64,000 bases of DNA from a candidate division FCPU426 bacterium. GTDB taxonomy: Bacteria; Oederibacteriota; Muellerivitia; Muellerivitales; Muellerivitaceae. The stretch spans positions 512,001-576,000 of the forward strand of contig CAWCKJ010000003.1 of NCBI GenBank assembly GCA_963796105.1, in the 5' to 3' direction. Position 1 is the first letter of the stretch, and the number at the start of each line of letters is the position of its first letter. Made by a program: the position numbers and the translations under genes. The notes under the pieces were generated by a model that was not told the origin of the DNA, did not search any database, and saw only the letters and a list, made by a program, of their open reading frames with translations. Positions 59,385-64,000 of the stretch are shown here, piece after piece.

Positions 59385-60838
59385 TGATGCGTCAATTGAG
59401 GGATAAAAAAACGATGCAGGTGATTTTATGGCTTCTCATCGCCGCTTTCGTCATCGGATTTCTCTTTCTGGCTGGCGGGAGATGGATGATGAAGGATGAC
59501 ACCCGGAACCTGGTCGCCCAAGTGGGCGAAAGAAACATCACTTACGCGGAGTTCGACCAGGCCTACAAACCGGCCTCGGAAAGGCTTTACAGCGCCAAGG
59601 AAGCGGAGCCTTCCTCCGGGGAAGTCGCCGCCCTCAAGAAACAAGTCCTGGAGCGCCTGATCGACAACGCCATCCTGGAAAAGACCGCCAAGGACATGGG
59701 AATCAATGTGTCCATCGAAGAAATCGCGGCGAGCATCCAACGGCAGCCCTATTTCACCGGCGATGACGGCAAGTTCGACCGCAACCGCTATATGAAGGTG
59801 CTTCAAGACAACCAGCTGACCCCGGATGAGTTCGAGGCAGCCCAGGGCCAGCAGATCCTCCTGCAGAAAATCCACGCCATCCTCGATGACAGCATGCTTT
59901 ACACCTCTGACGACTTGGCCGAGTACGGGAACTTGTTGAACCGGCAGCTCAAGGCCAGCTATGTCGTATTGGCCGAGAAGAATTTCGAGAAAGACATCCC
60001 CATGAAGGATGGGGATCTCGAAGAATATTACGAGAACCACCGCAACGAGTACGACCATCCGGAACGCGCGAAAGTCCGCCACATCCTGCTGGCTTTGCAG
60101 GGCGGTTCCCCCCTGGACGAGGAAAAAATAAAGAAGGATCTCGATGGGTACCGGGACCAGATCCTGAAAGGAAAGGCCACGTTCGGCGAGCTCGCGGCGA
60201 AATACTCCCAGGACAGCGGCTCGAAAAACAAAGGTGGAGAGCTGGGTTGGGTTCCCCGCGGGGCGGCCATCAAGGAATTCGAGGACGCCGTCTTCAACTT
60301 GAAGAAAGGCGAAATCACGAAGCCTTTCAAGACGCCCTACGGCTACCACATCGCCCAGCTGGAGGATTACGAGAAGGAGTACAAGAGCACTTTCGCGGAT
60401 ATGCGCAAGAAAATCGCCGATTCCTATAGAAGGGAAAAGACGATGCAGAAAATGCTCTCGGTATCCGAGAAACTAACCGACAAGCTTAACGCGAACGAGA
60501 GCGTCGAGAAAGCCGGCCGGGAAATGGGCCTTCCGGCGCAGACTTCGGCCTGGTTTGACCGCAGTTCCGGAATCCCGAAAATCAAGGACTCCAAAAACGC
60601 GGCCGACTCCCTGGCGAGCCTGTACTTGAACCAGTGGAAAGGCCCCTTGGCTATCGGAACCGACGAGTACTTTTTCCAGGTCGTGGACATCAAGCCGAGC
60701 GGCAAGACCGCCGTCCAAAGCGCGGGGGACCTTTCAGACATCGCCAAGCATTACCTGTCGGACCGGGAATCGGCTTGGATCAAGGATTTCCTGGAATCCC
60801 AGCGCAAAAGCCTGAAGGTTAGGACTTTTAACCTTTAA
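59385..60838 (+). CDS. SurA/PpiD-type membrane-anchored peptidyl-prolyl isomerase
   Basis: ATG after GGAGG; N-terminal TM; SurA_N; parvulin motifs VRHILL, KYSQD..GGELG, YGYHI. Confidence 0.88.
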
Positions 60839-61448
60839 GTTTGAACTTAGTCTGCCGGTTTAATTCGGCCAGAAGCCATTCGACCGGCAGGCCCATCACG
60901 TTGAAATAGTCCCCTTGAAGCTCCCTCAGCCACAGGCGCGCGGTTCCCTGGATATCGTAAGCGCCTGCCTTGTCATAGGGCTCCCGGGATTGGATGTATT
61001 TCACGGCCGCTCGTGGGTCCGGTCTAAGAAAAGCCACTCTTGTGGCCTCAACATGGGTTCTCTGAATTTTTCCGCCCTTCCCCACCAAGGCGATTCCCGT
61101 GACCACCTGATGGGACCTTCCCCAGAGCCGTCCCAGCATGAGAGCCGCCTCTTCGCGGTTTTTCGGTTTGCCGAACCTTTTCCCGCCGTCCACCACGACC
61201 GTATCCGCGCCCAGAACCCACCTTTCCGGGAAGCGGATGGATATCGAGAGGGCTTTTTCCATGGCGAGCCTCCCGGCCAAATGCCCCGGGCTTTCACCGG
61301 GGCGGGGTTCCTCATGGACCCCAACAGGAAAAACAGTTTGAAAGGGCACGCCCAAAAATTTCAATATTTTCTTCCGCCGGGGGGAACGGGATGCCAGAAG
61401 AATCGGGATGGAGAGGGTGTTCCGGGTCATGTGAATTGGAATCGTCAT
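60828..61448 (-). CDS. maf: Maf-family nucleoside triphosphate pyrophosphatase
   Basis: LLASRSPRR, GADTVV, GKP, DKAGAY.IQG, VMGLP. Confidence 0.93.
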   Translation of the reverse strand: MTIPIHMTRNTLSIPILLASRSPRRKKILKFLGVPFQTVFPVGVHEEPRPGESPGHLAGRLAMEKALSISIRFPERWVLGADTVVVDGGKRFGKPKNREEAALMLGRLWGRSHQVVTGIALVGKGGKIQRTHVEATRVAFLRPDPRAAVKYIQSREPYDKAGAYDIQGTARLWLRELQGDYFNVMGLPVEWLLAELNRQTKFKLKG

Positions 61449-61474
61449 CTTTCTTTATACTGACTGGGCATTCA

Positions 61475-62281
61475 TCATTTGATCTTGTGGTCGCTCGGGG
61501 TGGTCGTCAAGATATGAAGGGTCTTGATAGCCTGTTGGGCGGCCGATTGCTCAGCCTCTTTCTTGCTTTTCCCGACGCCAATACCGATGGTTTTTCCGTT
61601 CACCCGGCAGGCAGCCTCGAAATTCCGGTTATGGTCCGGCCCCCATTCCTTGACGACCTCGTATTGGGGCGCCGTCTTCTGGGTTTTCTGGTAGTGTTCC
61701 TGAAGGAGGGTTTTGTGGTCTTTTTCCATCCGCCCCGAGAAGACATTCTCCACATCCTCCCTTAGCAGGCCCAAGATCAGTTTCCGGGCGGGGGGCAATC
61801 CCCCGTTCAGGTAAACCGCCCCGATCACAGCTTCCAGGGCGTCAGCCAGGAGGGAGGGCCTCTTTTTCCCGCCGGACTTCTCCTCGCCTTTACCCAGGAG
61901 CAGGTAATCCCCAAGTTGGAGTTTCTCCGCCTTCTCTCCCAAAACCTCGGCGCTGACGACCACGCTTTTCACTTTGGACAGTCCTCCCTCGGTGACCTCG
62001 GGGAAGGTCTCGAAAACATGCTCGCTGATGACGAGGCCCAGGACGGAATCCCCCAGGAACTCCAACTTCTCATTGTTCACGCGGGGGTCCATCTTGCGCT
62101 CGTAGGTGTGGGATTTGTGGGTCAGGGCCTCGTTTAAAAGCGCGCCATCGCCCATGGGGACATCCAGGCGTTTGGCCAGGAGTTTCAGCTGGGCCGCCCG
62201 GTTTTTATCCAAATCCGGGAAAAAGGAGGCGGAACGCGCCTTTTTTTTAGGAATTAAACTTTTTAACAATGAGAGAGACAT
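61475..62281 (-). CDS. rnc: Ribonuclease III (start uncertain)
   Basis: [32 protein letters not shown]-terminal dsRBD. Confidence 0.96.
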   Translation of the reverse strand: MSLSLLKSLIPKKKARSASFFPDLDKNRAAQLKLLAKRLDVPMGDGALLNEALTHKSHTYERKMDPRVNNEKLEFLGDSVLGLVISEHVFETFPEVTEGGLSKVKSVVVSAEVLGEKAEKLQLGDYLLLGKGEEKSGGKKRPSLLADALEAVIGAVYLNGGLPPARKLILGLLREDVENVFSGRMEKDHKTLLQEHYQKTQKTAPQYEVVKEWGPDHNRNFEAACRVNGKTIGIGVGKSKKEAEQSAAQQAIKTLHILTTTPSDHKIK

Positions 62282-63491
62282 TATGGCCGCCGAACCCGAG
62301 TGAATTGGAGAGACAAACTTGGACAGGCTGGACGCGCTTCTGGTTGGGGATGTAATCCAAATCGCAATCCGGGTCCGGCGTCTCAAGGTTGATGGTGGGG
62401 GGCAGAACCCCTTCCTGGATGGCCAATACGCAGGCGATGAACTCGATTCCCCCGGCCGCGCCCAATAGATGCCCGGTCGTGGACTTGGTGGAGGACACTG
62501 GTACCTTGGCCGCCCGCTCCTTGAACACGGTTTTAATCGCCATAGTCTCAAACTTGTCGTTATAGGGTGTGGAGGTGCCGTGGGCGTTAATGTAGTCCAC
62601 GTCCTTGGGGTCCAGCTTGGCGTCCTTCAGGGCCAGTTCCATCGACCTGGCGGCCCCTTCCCCGTTTTCAGCCGGGGTGGTCATGTGGTAGGCGTCGCAG
62701 GTCATCCCATAGCCGGCGGATTCCCCGTAAATTCGCGCGCCCCGGGCCTGGGCATGCTCCAAGGATTCCAAAACCACGATACCGGATCCCTCGCCCATGA
62801 CGAACCCGGAACGGTTCTTGTCGAACGGCCGGCTGGCCTTGGTGGGATGTTCATTTCCGTCCTGGCAAAGGGCGTTCATGTTGGAAAAACCCGCGTAACC
62901 CAGCTCGATGATGCAGGCTTCCGTCCCCCCGGCGATCACCACGTCCGCGTCCCCATGCTGGATCCAACGGGTGGCCTCGCCGATGGCGTGGGCCCCGGAG
63001 GCGCAGGCGGAAACGGTGGCGGTGTTCGGTCCCTGGGCCTGGAGATAGATGGAAACCATGCCGGAAGCCATGTTGATGATCAGCATCGGGATCAGGAAAG
63101 GGGACACCCTGTCCGGCCCCTTTTCCAACAACCTGGCGTGCTGTTCCACCATGACGGGCAAGCCCCCGATGCCGGAACCGATCAGTACCCCGACCCGGGT
63201 CTTGTCTTCCCTGCCCATATCCAGCTTCGCGTCGGCCACGGCCTGGAGGCTCGCCGCAACCGCGAATTGGACGAAAGCGTCCATCTTCTTGACGTCTTTT
63301 TTCTGTATCCCGAACTGGACCGGGTCGAACCCCTTCACCTCACCCCCAATCCGGCAGGACAGCCGGGAAGCGTCAAAACGCGTGACCATGCCGATCCCGC
63401 TTCGACCCTCGCAGATGCCCTTGAAAAAATCGGCTGGGTTGTTCCCAACCGGGGTGATGGCTCCCAATCCGGTGACGACGACCCGTTTCAA
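62247..63491 (-). CDS. fabF: 3-oxoacyl-ACP synthase II
   Basis: [36 protein letters not shown]. Confidence 0.97.
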   Translation of the reverse strand: MKRVVVTGLGAITPVGNNPADFFKGICEGRSGIGMVTRFDASRLSCRIGGEVKGFDPVQFGIQKKDVKKMDAFVQFAVAASLQAVADAKLDMGREDKTRVGVLIGSGIGGLPVMVEQHARLLEKGPDRVSPFLIPMLIINMASGMVSIYLQAQGPNTATVSACASGAHAIGEATRWIQHGDADVVIAGGTEACIIELGYAGFSNMNALCQDGNEHPTKASRPFDKNRSGFVMGEGSGIVVLESLEHAQARGARIYGESAGYGMTCDAYHMTTPAENGEGAARSMELALKDAKLDPKDVDYINAHGTSTPYNDKFETMAIKTVFKERAAKVPVSSTKSTTGHLLGAAGGIEFIACVLAIQEGVLPPTINLETPDPDCDLDYIPNQKRVQPVQVCLSNSLGFGGHNVSLIVKKFNS

Positions 63492-63524
63492 AAAATCCTC
63501 CAGTAAGTGCGTGTCAAATGAGGT

Positions 63525-63761
63525 TTACTCAGACGCCTTGGATTTGATGAAATTGATGGCGTCACCGACTGTCTTGATCTTTTCGGCTTCCTCGTCGGGA
63601 ATTTCCAAATCGAATTCCTCCTCAAAAGCCATGACCAATTCCACCGTATCCAGAGAGTCGGCCCCTAAATCGTCGATAAAGGAAGCCTCGGGTTTGACCT
63701 GCTCCGCCTCGACCCCCAATTGATCAACGATGATTTCCTTCACCTTGTCTTCAATAGCCAT
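63525..63761 (-). CDS. acpP: Acyl carrier protein
   Basis: [14 protein letters not shown]. Confidence 0.98.
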   Translation of the reverse strand: MAIEDKVKEIIVDQLGVEAEQVKPEASFIDDLGADSLDTVELVMAFEEEFDLEIPDEEAEKIKTVGDAINFIKSKASE

Positions 63762-63836
63762 TTCTCTATCCTCCATAAAATTAAACTTCTTAATTCCAGC
63801 GGCTGACTCTCAACCTGCCGGAGCAAAGGCAAACCC

Positions 63837-64000
63837 TTATATCACCATTCCTCCGTCAACGCAAATAACTTGTCCCGTAATATAACGGGAATCCTCCGAC
63901 GCCAAAAACAAGGCTAGATTGGCGATATCGCTGGTCTCCCCGAGGAAACCGAGCGGAATCCCCTTCAACAATTCCTCCTTGGCTTTGTCAGGCAGGGCCT
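63837..64000 (-). CDS. fabG: 3-oxoacyl-ACP reductase, C-terminal part (window edge)
   Basis: IPLGFLGETSDIANLALFLAS..SRYITGQVICVDGGMVI; lies upstream of acpP. Confidence 0.9.
   Translation of the reverse strand, partial: ALPDKAKEELLKGIPLGFLGETSDIANLALFLASEDSRYITGQVICVDGGMVI

Noticed and set aside
62282..62551. 90-aa N-terminal extension of RNase III
   Set aside because: Lies wholly within fabF in another frame and has no RNase III similarity

Overview
A 64-kb chromosomal window from a diderm bacterium. The abundance of Thr/Pro-linker secreted proteins and PorV/PorQ-like barrels resembles candidate lineages such as FCPU426; this is inference only. It has three zones. (1) 1-10.3 kb is accessory: a truncated secreted Fn3-like protein, an XRE regulator, an unusual ParB-HTH-membrane-PDZ fusion, a GT-C-like membrane protein, a MazEF-type TA pair whose operator is split by an intact IS1595-family element, a DRE-TIM aldolase, a hemerythrin and a frameshifted PilZ gene. 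(2) About 10.3-29 kb is a decayed integrative island starting at a 3' tRNA-Phe fragment. It carries a multiply frameshifted tyrosine integrase, an excisionase-like gene, about 2 kb of hairpin-dense non-coding DNA, two NHL-repeat surface proteins, an intact IS4-family element, and many TA/Fic genes and REP-like repeats. (3) 29-64 kb is mostly core: cNMP-binding, PLD, three PilZ genes, VapBC, ExeA-like ATPase, tRNA-Lys, purA, a large Thr-rich secreted protein, rsfS-comFB-like-nadD, a lid-less DnaK with a J/TPR partner, proB-obgE-rpmA-rplU, PorV-like/TPR/OmpA envelope genes, tRNA-Gly, SurA/PpiD, maf, rnc, fabF, acpP and partial fabG. The most interesting signals are a three-copy structured non-coding element with compensatory base changes (19.1, 21.0 and 51.1 kb), a purA leader resembling an ATP-sensing analogue of pyrG reiterative-transcription attenuation, and the membrane-anchored ParB-PDZ protein. 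All calls were made by eye, with no database search.
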